NCBI GenBank assembly: GCA_964019335.1
Contig: OZ025692.1
Location: forward strand, 124,001 to 188,000
Reading direction: 5' to 3'
DNA: 64,000 nucleotides
Source: Diplonema japonicum
Lineage: Eukaryota; Protista; Euglenozoa: Diplonemea
In this document: one piece after another, positions 1 through 9,546 of the stretch
Position numbering within the stretch: position 1 is the stretch's first letter
How the letters are laid out: every line of letters starts with the position of its first letter
The notes under the pieces: generated by a model
What the model was told of the DNA's origin: nothing
Databases searched by the model: none
What the model saw: the letters and a program-made list of their open reading frames with translations, nothing else
Made by a program: the position numbers and the translations under genes

Positions 1-1254
1 ATGTGGTTGTGGACACCGGGGTGAGAACACTTGGGGCACTTCAGCCATAAAGTGTGCGCCCACTCAGAGCTGTTGTCTGACGCGATGTATATGGTGCCCT
101 TTCGCTTCAACAATGAGGCTGCGACGGCGCGGATCTCCTTCTTGATAAGTGTGCGCATTTGTTTCAGCTTGTCCTTTGGATGCCTTGGAGTGAACTCCTT
201 GAACGCCGTCGTCGTCATAAGCCGCTCGCGGAACTCGGCAACATTGATGGTGATGTTTCTGCTCAACGAACCATCCATGCAATACTTGCTAATCGCGTCA
301 TCAAGAAGGTCGTAACACCACTGAACGGCGAAGGGGTCTTTGAGATAGCTTTCCCTCGCATTCGAGTAGGATGCCATGGCCTTGCCCTGAAGTGCACTGT
401 CCATCGCTGCTTTTGTCATACAACCACCGTTTTTGTGCAGTTCGCTGTTCCAGTCCATGCACACCAACGCACGATGGGCTTCTTGTAGAGATTTGTCGAA
501 CAGCAATGCAACACTAGGGGGGTTCGGGTCGCTGAACAGGGGGATCTGCACGGTCACTGAGTATTCGTTTGACGCTTTGTTGGGGTCGTTGAGCATCCTC
601 TTAGTGAAGACGGATGTAAATGATTCCTCCGGGTTCTTTGTATCAATGCGTCTGCTGTTAAGGTTGGTGACACGGGAACCTGAACACAGCATTGTGCAGT
701 CACCGTCAGCAGAAGGGACTTGTTGTTGGAGCTTCACAAGCGCACAACCTTCCTCGAGCTCGCTGACGACAACACCAGTGTGCTTGACGAAGTGCATTTC
801 TATGCCAAGGTTGCATGTTAAAGGTATTTTAGGTATCAACACCTCGGACGCATAGAAAGTTAAGCGAACATCGATCGGCACAAGTGCAACCACAGCCCTC
901 ATGAGGTCGTTGATATGCGGCTCAACAAGCCCACCGCATGCAACCTCTTTCCCTTGGTATCCGAGCGTGTATAAGATCGGCCTTGCCTTGATGAACTGTT
1001 CTGTGTTTACGCCCATTTCCTCTAATTTGTCCTTCACCAAGCTCCCAGTTGACCCGAATCGTACAGTGCCCCTCCCGTCATACAGAGGCACGATCCCAAG
1101 CTTCTTTCGTGTTTCCGTGAAGCGTACAGATATCTGTTGCGGTGCTTTCCCCCGCCCTTTTATCTTCTCATACCGAAATACAGTATCTGTGGTCCAATGC
1201 AATGCTTTTGCATTCTAACTCCTTTCTGATTGCAACAGGCAGCTCGCCTGCCAT
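1..1254 (-). CDS. Hypothetical protein, 3'-partial (runs off the window)
   Basis: ATG at 1254 follows a pyrimidine tract and CAG. Exon 1174-1254 (MAGELPVAIRKELE...), 40-nt GTATGA...CAG intron 1134-1173, then an open frame to position 1. Not in the ORF track; no family recognised. Confidence 0.7.
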
Positions 1255-1556
1255 TGTTAATATCTGGAAGATTGAGTTTAAAAAAAAAAAAAGAGTAGAA
1301 GGGGGGGAAAAACGCATGGAAACAAAAAAAAAAAAGAAAAAACTCTGTTCGGACTTTTTTTAAGGGATGATTCCCCCTCCCTCTCTCCCCTTTCTTGTCT
1401 ACCGCGAGAAGGCGTGCAACGGCTTCTGTCTCTCTTTCCCCCCGTCTTTACCTTCTCCAAAGCGAGCGTTACGGGAACGCTGCACCTGCTGTTGTACCTC
1501 ATTGGTGACTTTGCTGAGGAAGGTTTCCTGTGGTGATAAAATATAGTGATACTGTT

Positions 1557-3827
1557 TTATACCGCAGGTGGAGCAGCTTGCTCTGTGATGTAGGTGTCTT
1601 GTTGGGACGTTGCTGCAGGCAGTTCGACAGCTGCCTCTGAGGGCGTCATGGCTAACGGGTCTTCCGAAGCTTCCTCCCATGTGGCCTCAGGAGTGTCTGA
1701 CGAACTGGGTTCTTCCACGGGGTAGGAGGCAGGACCCCAATGGATGTCACGGGAGAGCTGCTGTTGCGATGTGATATTACGCTGTTTGCCAGCTGCAAAG
1801 GCGACAAAAGTAGAGTCGTCTTCCAAGGATGGCTGTTCATAGTCGTCTGCGCCCTGATGCCCGCAGCTGCTGTCCTTCACTTCTTGTACTGCGTTTCGTA
1901 TCCGCTGTTCGATCGACATTTCCATCGTTTTCACCTCTGTCACCGCATCTGCCGTCAACGCGTTCTCCCTGCTGTCACCGCCGGTCACCATCATCACCTC
2001 TTCTTCACGTTCACCAAGAAGCTTTCTCTCCTCGCTTACATACTTCTTGTCTCCCCTGTGCCAGTCCAGCTCATCCTCTTTTAGAATAAACTCATCACGC
2101 TTCTCTTCTATCATTTTCACCTCCTCCGCGCTGACCGCCTTCTTCAGCTCTTCTTCCAACAGCATCAAATAATTCTTCCTCCTCAGATCTCGCTGCACGA
2201 CGTACTCTTCCTCTCCAAAGAAATTGTCCATCCCCATTGAATCCATCTCTGAAACTGTCATCTCCGCTTTTCGTTCCACGGGTTCACTCGTTTCGTCCGG
2301 TGCGCCTATAAGATACTCTGCTCCTGCTTCTGTTCTGTCCTCCAGGAGACCCCACCCTCTACCGGGCAGGACACGGGGAGAAATGTAATTTTTGAACCCC
2401 TTGACACCATCAACAGGCGGCTCAAGACCGTGTGCTTTCCAGTATCCCTCTGCAGACCCATACTTCAATATCCACCCCGGTGTGTTCTCTTCCGAGTCGT
2501 CGTCCTTGTTGTAGCCGGAGAATAAAGGCAGAGAAGGGATGTTGAGGCCGCTGTCTGCAGGAAGTTCCCCGTAGGGGTTGGTGCGGTCTCTTGAGACGGG
2601 CACACGAGGCGCATCAGGGTGAGGAAGCTGAGGAGGCGAGTAGTCCACGGGAAGGGGCACGTTGAACTTGATGTCGATGTACTCACGCGCTCTGCTAGTA
2701 GTGGTAGGCGATGGCAGGAAGTCAGGTGCGATATACCGCTTCGGGATCACTTCGTTGGTAGTGCCTGAGTGCCACACAGGGAGCTTCACAGTCTCGCCGG
2801 AGAGAAGACCCTTGCCACGGAGGTAGTTAGACGAAGGGTGCTGCGGCCACCTCCACTTTTCCTCTATGCGCAACAGAAATTCGCGTATTGTTGTAGCGCC
2901 CACAACTACAACACATCCAGAATGTTCCGCATGCTCATCAACCGTGGCAGTGACCATCCCCACTACCCTGCCGTCACGAAGCACGGGCCCCCCGCATGCA
3001 CCCTCGGGCAACGGTTTCTCTGGCTCAATGACAATCAGCTTATCTGAACTTCCATTAATATCCGTAACCACCTTCTTCACAGTGCACCGTGTCACTGAAG
3101 GGTGCATGACGGCGGTGAGTTCCAAAGTGTCATCTGCGGAGTGCCCGTGTACCATCACACGTTCACCCACTTGCAATGGTCTATTGTCAAAGGCAAGCAG
3201 TTGGAAGTGGAATGGGTGGAGCTTCTCTTCTTCGTATTCACTGTAGTCGAACTCCCTAACTCCCAACACGGGCTCCTCAATCTGATGAGTGAAGACCTGC
3301 TCCAAGGTTTCTTCCGTGTCAGCAACAGACGGGTGTAGAACACACACATCGAGATGCCGTGTTTCGTGAGCGTAAGTGAGGTCAGGGACGGTCTTCAGGG
3401 AATGGTGAGAAGGATGCCCTGTTGGGGTTGCCGTGTAGAGAGTGCTTGCAACGTCGTGTTCACCACGGTATTTTAGGAATTCGGTGGGCGAGCCTGTTTG
3501 CTGGCTGTACAGATCGGGGTACCAGAAAGGGTGGATCATGTGATTCACTGTGACGACGTGATATAAAGGCGTCCCTGGCAGATGCCGTCCAATGTGCGGC
3601 ACAGCAAACCAAGACGCTCTGCTCTGCAGCCCGTCATTGAGCTCCCACGGGAGCTTTGCTCTGGCCTCGAGGTATCCTGCGTAGTGCTTCCACCTTTTTT
3701 TGTATCCCGTGATCGGCTTTCTGAGTGTCGTATTGCGCACATACTGTACACTTTCTGCGTACTGCGTGAGTTCGCCGGAACTCACACGAACCGGCACACA
3801 TTGCCGCACCAGACTCCTTCCCAACAT
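1557..3827 (-). CDS. Trypsin/chymotrypsin-fold protein with Cys at the nucleophile position, probable mitochondrial presequence, acidic C-terminal region
   Basis: 756-aa ORF. Motifs VVTVNH, LDVCVL and EGACGGPVL..GRVVGMVTA. N-terminus MLGRSLVRQCVPVRVSS is Arg/Ser-rich with no acidic residues. Confidence 0.75.
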   Translation of the reverse strand: MLGRSLVRQCVPVRVSSGELTQYAESVQYVRNTTLRKPITGYKKRWKHYAGYLEARAKLPWELNDGLQSRASWFAVPHIGRHLPGTPLYHVVTVNHMIHPFWYPDLYSQQTGSPTEFLKYRGEHDVASTLYTATPTGHPSHHSLKTVPDLTYAHETRHLDVCVLHPSVADTEETLEQVFTHQIEEPVLGVREFDYSEYEEEKLHPFHFQLLAFDNRPLQVGERVMVHGHSADDTLELTAVMHPSVTRCTVKKVVTDINGSSDKLIVIEPEKPLPEGACGGPVLRDGRVVGMVTATVDEHAEHSGCVVVVGATTIREFLLRIEEKWRWPQHPSSNYLRGKGLLSGETVKLPVWHSGTTNEVIPKRYIAPDFLPSPTTTSRAREYIDIKFNVPLPVDYSPPQLPHPDAPRVPVSRDRTNPYGELPADSGLNIPSLPLFSGYNKDDDSEENTPGWILKYGSAEGYWKAHGLEPPVDGVKGFKNYISPRVLPGRGWGLLEDRTEAGAEYLIGAPDETSEPVERKAEMTVSEMDSMGMDNFFGEEEYVVQRDLRRKNYLMLLEEELKKAVSAEEVKMIEEKRDEFILKEDELDWHRGDKKYVSEERKLLGEREEEVMMVTGGDSRENALTADAVTEVKTMEMSIEQRIRNAVQEVKDSSCGHQGADDYEQPSLEDDSTFVAFAAGKQRNITSQQQLSRDIHWGPASYPVEEPSSSDTPEATWEEASEDPLAMTPSEAAVELPAATSQQDTYITEQAAPPAV

Positions 3828-3879
3828 ATTCGACCTGCCAGTAGGCTAGCTAGTAGAAAACAAAAACTAAACTACACCA

Positions 3880-5291
3880 CTACTCACTTTCCTTCTTGAT
3901 GAATGATGCAACGAAGAACCCCGTATCCGGAGAGTCGGTTGTTGGAGTGAAGCGAATAACATTCTTGCACGCTTCGCTGTTTAACCCAACGCCCTCCAGT
4001 CCTGTATAAGATTGTAATAGGGGGAGGGGGTACAACATACCAGGCTGTCCCAGGTTGTAGTATTGCTCTGTTTTGTCTGTCTTCTCTTCCAAGACCACCT
4101 TCCCTGCGTACTGGTTGAGGAACCACGCCACGTTACTTTCGTTCTCCAGCGGGCAGATCGTGCATGTGCTGTACACGATCCTGGCACCGGGCTTTGCTAA
4201 AGAGAAGGCCACCGCCATCAACCTTCGCTGGTAGTCTGCGAACTGCTCCAACGATTTCATATCAACGTCATGGCACAGCTTGGGCCGCAGCCTGCGTGGT
4301 GTTAAACAGGGCACGGAGTAATATCATACCCAAGGCCGCTGCACGGCGGGTCCAGCATCACTCTGTCGAAGCTTTGCTCCTTCCACTTCTTGGCAGCTTT
4401 GGTGGCATCGTGCTTCACCGCTTCGACAATGGTCATCTATGGAGTTGGGTTTGAACAGCAGCATACCTCCGCTCTGGACACGAGCTGCTTCAAGTCTTCG
4501 AGTCTTTTTGCGCTCCTGTCCAGCGCGACAACAGAACCGGAATTTTCCATCAGGTCGGCGACGTGAATGGTCTTTCCACCGGGCGCAGCGCACATGTCGA
4601 TCACACGCATGCCTGGCTTCGGGTCAAGAAGGATAGGAGGCAACATTGAGGGAATGTTTTGGAGCATGGCTGTGGTGCTGCACACACCGCCCATTGGGGG
4701 ATGGTCCACCAGTCTGTGAGTGATTCTTATGGCTGTCCCTGAAGCGTTCGGCTTGATGATATCCGCACGGGGCATGGTCGAGACACCCACTGCGATCAAG
4801 ACAAAAGCGTCCTCGCTTGCGACGCAAAGGTCCCTGTCGATCATCTCGCCCTTCAGGGGGATCGTTGCCTTGGTCCTCGGGATCATAACGTTCAACTGCA
4901 TGTCAACATCAAATTTCGTTGTGCTTCCCAACACACCAGGGGCGAAGATGTCAGCGCCTCTCAGGATGGCCTCCCCGCACCTTGTGTCGACCACAACGGT
5001 GTTCACGCACTTCGGCAGCTCTTCCTTCTTGCCGGGGCTAATGACGATACAGTTCTTCACGAACGGGTGCACGTCTACCTTGCGTGCACCCACCACGTTC
5101 TGCACTTCCTTTAACATTTGTACCATGTCGTCTGTTGACCGAAAGGTCCTCAGTGTCGTCACGTTCGGTGGCATCCTCATCGTGATGCTTAGCGCCTTCA
5201 GCACATCCTCGCCATACCACTTCACGAACTGCTCGTGCACCTCGTCATTGGTAAATAGACGCTCTGCCGTCGCCCATTTTACGAAGTCCAT
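3880..5291 (-). CDS. NSUN6: NSUN6-like RNA m5C methyltransferase (PUA + RsmB/NOP2 domain)
   Basis: Motifs AILRGADIFAPGV, DMCAAPGGKT, DRVMLDPPCSGLGLRP and YSTCTI..ENE. Three ORF-track pieces join through GT-AG introns 4437-4466, 4292-4329 and probably 4002-4040. Likely ATG 5291. Confidence 0.88.
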
Positions 5292-5338
5292 CACCCTCCT
5301 GGTCTGCCTCTTGGGTAATGGAAACACAATAAAAGCTA

Positions 5339-6055
5339 TCACTCCTTCCATGGCGCAGGCTGTATCCTGTACGCCGTTTCTATCTTGCAAACCACCGCAA
5401 CCATCGTGTCAGTTGTCACATCAAACACCTCCCACCATGGTGCCTCGTCCGGGTACTGTTTGCCTGCCTTGCGCAGAGCAAGGTAGACGCACCCTGTGGC
5501 TATTTCATGTGGGTAAAAGTGGACGCAGGCATCCGTGCGGAGGGAGTCAGTGAGGTACCCCCAGGCATGCTGAAGGATGGCGACCTCCTCTTTCAGCACC
5601 TCATCGAGGTAGAATACTATGTATTTATAAGGGTCTTCCACTTCCATGTGGAAGCCGAGGTAACGGAGGAGCCGTCGCTCTTCTGCCACAGCTGCCTTCT
5701 TGAAGTCGTTGCAGTATTCTGCGGCAGCGCCTGTTCCGTGTGCTTTCAAGGCTTGGAGAATGCTAGCTACCTCAAGAGGCTTCTTCTCCCTGTCGTCCAG
5801 CTTTGAGGCCAATAATACTACAGCAGCCACCACACCGTCTGCGTCCACGTTCCGCAGCGATGTGACCCACAAATACCTGTGAAGCAGCACTATTGCCCGT
5901 GCTATCGTCACCTGAGGCAGCTCCATTACCACTCCAACCTCTTGCACCAACACGGCACAGTGCGCCCTTGCAGCCATTTCCGCTTCCTCACTGATCCCAT
6001 CTTTCACACTTGGTGAAATTGAGTCCTCATCCAATTTGTACCGAACAGCTTCCAT
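5339..6055 (-). CDS. Cyclin L-like transcriptional cyclin lacking an RS tail
   Basis: Two cyclin boxes. LLASKLDD, EVEDPYKY and YLTDSLRTDACVHFYPHEIATGCVYLA resemble cyclin L. Confidence 0.8.
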   Translation of the reverse strand: MEAVRYKLDEDSISPSVKDGISEEAEMAARAHCAVLVQEVGVVMELPQVTIARAIVLLHRYLWVTSLRNVDADGVVAAVVLLASKLDDREKKPLEVASILQALKAHGTGAAAEYCNDFKKAAVAEERRLLRYLGFHMEVEDPYKYIVFYLDEVLKEEVAILQHAWGYLTDSLRTDACVHFYPHEIATGCVYLALRKAGKQYPDEAPWWEVFDVTTDTMVAVVCKIETAYRIQPAPWKE

Positions 6056-6221
6056 GCTGGTTATCTCAAGGGTACTGTGGCAATGTGGACTTCGCTTGAA
6101 TCGAATCGCAAATCGGGAAAGTTAATAAAAAATTTCTTTGCTTATTTCCAAAAACGCCAAAAAAAGGGGGGGTATAAGGGGTGTTACTTAAGAGGGACAA
6201 GGGACACACGGAAGTATATCT

Positions 6222-9200
6222 CTAGTGCCCTTGGACGAAGGGGTGGTCTATTGGGTAAGCGTTTTCTCGCATCCATGTTGAGCTGCTGAACACCGCATTG
6301 TGGCCAATGACTACACCTGGAATGTATCGATCTTTGAAAGCTGTTGCCACGTATTCTTCACCAATGATGGAAAACTCGAAGCGGGTTTTTGCGCTGCTGC
6401 TGAAGCTGAATACCCCTGAAGTTGAGCTTGAAGGAAAAGCGAGGGGCGTAGCTTCTCGTGAAGCTGTGCTGAAGGCGATGCCTTCAGACGCCATGTCGCC
6501 AACGTACACACAGTCGTATTCTGACCTCAAGATACCTACGTTGCACACTTTCCGCAGGCCTATCCTCTCACGTGAGATGCCGATAGCTGCAATTATATGG
6601 TTCGTCACCTCGGCCACTAAGGTTCCCATCAAGATCGTCGGTCTGTCCATGTCCACCAGATCTACGTAGTTCACCCCTTGAAGACATAGTCCCGCCACAA
6701 AGAGGTCCCCCGCCTTCGACCGATCAGACACGCACCCATCCGACGTGCACTCCAACCCCTCACCGCACATACACCTCGACCCCACAGCACTGCTCCCCCA
6801 AAACCTGCAGTATTCCGCTTCGTGCTGCAAGGTTTCGTTGCACTTCCTAGCCTTCTTGATACATCTTCCGTGCCTGCTGCATGTATACCCGACTACGCAT
6901 GTGCAGTACCCGTTGTCTTTAACAGAGTAAGGGGTGCACGTGCTAGATCCAGAAGTTTTCATTACACCGCAGAAATGGATGCTGCGGTCAACAAACGAGC
7001 AGAGCAGGCTTTCATGACTGACGTAGTCGCTGTTCACCTGTGGCTTTGTTGACAGCCCTGTCTGGATAACCTGGAAGGTGCCGTCAGCAAGCGCCTTCCC
7101 AATGCGGATCTCCCTTTTGACGTGGTGGTTGTCGATCAACGTCGCGCTCGTCCCGGTGTGCGAGGGGACCGTGTGCTCTTGCGTGTAAGCTACGCCACTC
7201 AGGTCGGGTGTTCCGGCAGCTTGCACTGTCCGTGCCCACAAATGCACTGCTAAGTATGCATTCTCCGCCTTCTCAGACGCGTGAAGCCCCTTTAAGGACT
7301 CGAAGGCCTGCGTCGTTGTGAAGTCATTGTTCAGTGTTGCCCCCGACCCGTAGTACGCATCCCTGAAAACATTGTTTCCAGAATTGCTCAGCGAATCAAA
7401 ATATGACGCCACCGTGTAGTGTCCAACTACATACGAGGCACCGATATATGCAATGTCATCCTCGTAGACCCGCGTGCTTAGGATCCGGTACTTGCCACCT
7501 TGTTCAAACTTTGAAATTCCCTCGAACAGCCCCTTACTGGCAGTCGGGTTTAAGAAGTTCAGTAATACCCCCCCGTTGGGCATCACGAGCTGTATGGTCT
7601 CGGTGACCTCTGTCTGGATCATAGCAGCTGTGGAGCTGTCCTCCAACACCGCAAAACCCTTCAATTTTGACAGGAGCACTTTGCTGCTCAACTCATGCAG
7701 CGTATCTGAGTACGTATCGCTTCCTTTCACAATGAAGAAACTCTCCCCAATCACATTCGAGGCCCATGTCAAGGCAGGGTACAAGAACTGGTTAGGCAGG
7801 TTGCCAGTTGAGAAGAGTGCTTCGTCGCAAATCTGACCCTGGTAACTGCTAGGAAACCAGAAGGGTATCTGCCTAGCCTTTGCAACTTTAAGCACCGCTT
7901 CCTGACATTGCGTTGAAGAGCATCCAACGATGGCCGCCACGTCGTCAACGGAGATAAGCTTCTCCGCTTGTTCTGCAAAGGTTGCAACAGACGACGCGCC
8001 ATCAGCGACCACAGCAGTGACAGTCTTCCCTGTGATCCCACCAGCCGCGTTTAGTTCGCCTACAGCCATCATCTCCGCCTTGAGCATTGTGGTCTCGAAC
8101 TGGTTTTCATTCCCCGTCACGGAGTGAAGCAAGCCCAGCTTGATGATCCCGGCTCCATTGTTGGAGGGCGACGGCGACTCTCTCAACACCGTTGTGCACT
8201 GGCCCTCAAACAAGAAGGTGTTATCCTGACACTTCCTACAAATACATATCCCGTTCTCAGGTGCGGTGTAGAGATAGATCTCGCATCTTGGTATTACGTC
8301 TCCACCGCACTCCGATAAGACACACTGGTTGTCTTGCCCACAGGAATACATTGCCTTGCACTGGCACTTTCCGTCGACTTCGTGCAACCATTCCGGGCAC
8401 TGCTGGTAGCTTTCTGTAATTGTATCACCGCAGTTCACGATCTCACGTTTGCACGTCATGTCAGGGTAGCACTTGAGATGGCTGAGACACCTGCATGTAC
8501 CATCGATGTTCTGCATGTCTTGTGCGCATTGCTCTGAAGCTGGGTCCACAGCCATGTCACATTGTTTCACCGCTTTCGAAACGCAAGTGCCTTCAGTGCA
8601 GTGGTACAAAGGCGAACAGGTACACATTCCATCCGCGATGACGGTATGAGGAGGACACTGAAATAGGTTAGTACTGGCTTCGTTGCACTTCAACCGCGGG
8701 TGGCACTTGTTGCCATAAAGTACGAACGTAGGGTGACATGCAGCACAGGTGCAGCTCCCACCAATCTCCTTTTCATTGGTGTATATGTCACAACCGTAGA
8801 TGCTGTGCTGGCATCGCGTAGATCTGCATGTGCCCCCAGTTTCACACGTGTGTCCTGAACGGCAGGTACACACACTGTTCACAATGTCTGCATATGGGAC
8901 GCACGTCTGGTAAGGGAGGTTGGCGACGGAGCGGCAGCCTAGGACCTCTTTAATGCACCTGTTACTTTCGCATTTCCAATTTTGGTGGCACACACACGCG
9001 CCTGTGTGGTTTGCGTGTTCTGGCAAGGCACGTTCAACAGGATTATCTGCTTGATCCGAGCATGCTTGTGTTCCTGGATCACTGATTGCATTCCCACACC
9101 AAACATCGTCGCAGCAAGAAGTACTGTTGGCCCCATGACACGGCACCATTTGTGCTGGACAGTTGCTGCAGTAGCAGTTCGGCATGCTCCCCGCCACACT

Positions 9201-9410
9201 CCTGCACAGCCTTCCTGCTGCCGCCATGCTGCACGGTATCGGATCGCAGCTCGTACCATCAACACCCACCTGGTAGTGGTCAACGCAGGCAGTGCACTTG
9301 CACACAGCAACGCCTTCAACCATCACTTCATCCACCACTGCGCAACTTGGTATTGACTGCAACACACACCCGTTGAACCCAAGCACAGCTGCAAAGTACA
9401 CGGCTAACAT
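6222..9410 (-). CDS. Secreted Cys-rich (EGF-like repeat) protein with an internal UrtA/AmiC-type periplasmic binding domain
   Basis: Signal-like N-terminus and ~400 aa of CxC-containing repeats. Then IIKLGLLHSVTG...ELNAAGGITGK...DGASS..TFAEQAEKLI...IVGC...WFPSSYQGQ, then more Cys repeats. Confidence 0.82.
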   Translation of the reverse strand: MLAVYFAAVLGFNGCVLQSIPSCAVVDEVMVEGVAVCKCTACVDHYQVGVDGTSCDPIPCSMAAAGRLCRSVAGSMPNCYCSNCPAQMVPCHGANSTSCCDDVWCGNAISDPGTQACSDQADNPVERALPEHANHTGACVCHQNWKCESNRCIKEVLGCRSVANLPYQTCVPYADIVNSVCTCRSGHTCETGGTCRSTRCQHSIYGCDIYTNEKEIGGSCTCAACHPTFVLYGNKCHPRLKCNEASTNLFQCPPHTVIADGMCTCSPLYHCTEGTCVSKAVKQCDMAVDPASEQCAQDMQNIDGTCRCLSHLKCYPDMTCKREIVNCGDTITESYQQCPEWLHEVDGKCQCKAMYSCGQDNQCVLSECGGDVIPRCEIYLYTAPENGICICRKCQDNTFLFEGQCTTVLRESPSPSNNGAGIIKLGLLHSVTGNENQFETTMLKAEMMAVGELNAAGGITGKTVTAVVADGASSVATFAEQAEKLISVDDVAAIVGCSSTQCQEAVLKVAKARQIPFWFPSSYQGQICDEALFSTGNLPNQFLYPALTWASNVIGESFFIVKGSDTYSDTLHELSSKVLLSKLKGFAVLEDSSTAAMIQTEVTETIQLVMPNGGVLLNFLNPTASKGLFEGISKFEQGGKYRILSTRVYEDDIAYIGASYVVGHYTVASYFDSLSNSGNNVFRDAYYGSGATLNNDFTTTQAFESLKGLHASEKAENAYLAVHLWARTVQAAGTPDLSGVAYTQEHTVPSHTGTSATLIDNHHVKREIRIGKALADGTFQVIQTGLSTKPQVNSDYVSHESLLCSFVDRSIHFCGVMKTSGSSTCTPYSVKDNGYCTCVVGYTCSRHGRCIKKARKCNETLQHEAEYCRFWGSSAVGSRCMCGEGLECTSDGCVSDRSKAGDLFVAGLCLQGVNYVDLVDMDRPTILMGTLVAEVTNHIIAAIGISRERIGLRKVCNVGILRSEYDCVYVGDMASEGIAFSTASREATPLAFPSSSTSGVFSFSSSAKTRFEFSIIGEEYVATAFKDRYIPGVVIGHNAVFSSSTWMRENAYPIDHPFVQGH

Positions 9411-9546
9411 TGTACCTAAATTGAGACTAAAGGAGTAAGACGTTATGTTATGGAAATGCGGAGTGAAACTGGTGCCTTGTGAATGCAGAGTGAAACGTTT
9501 CGTGACTCTCCGAGAAGCTAATCACGGGAGGGAGGAAGGTAGAATA

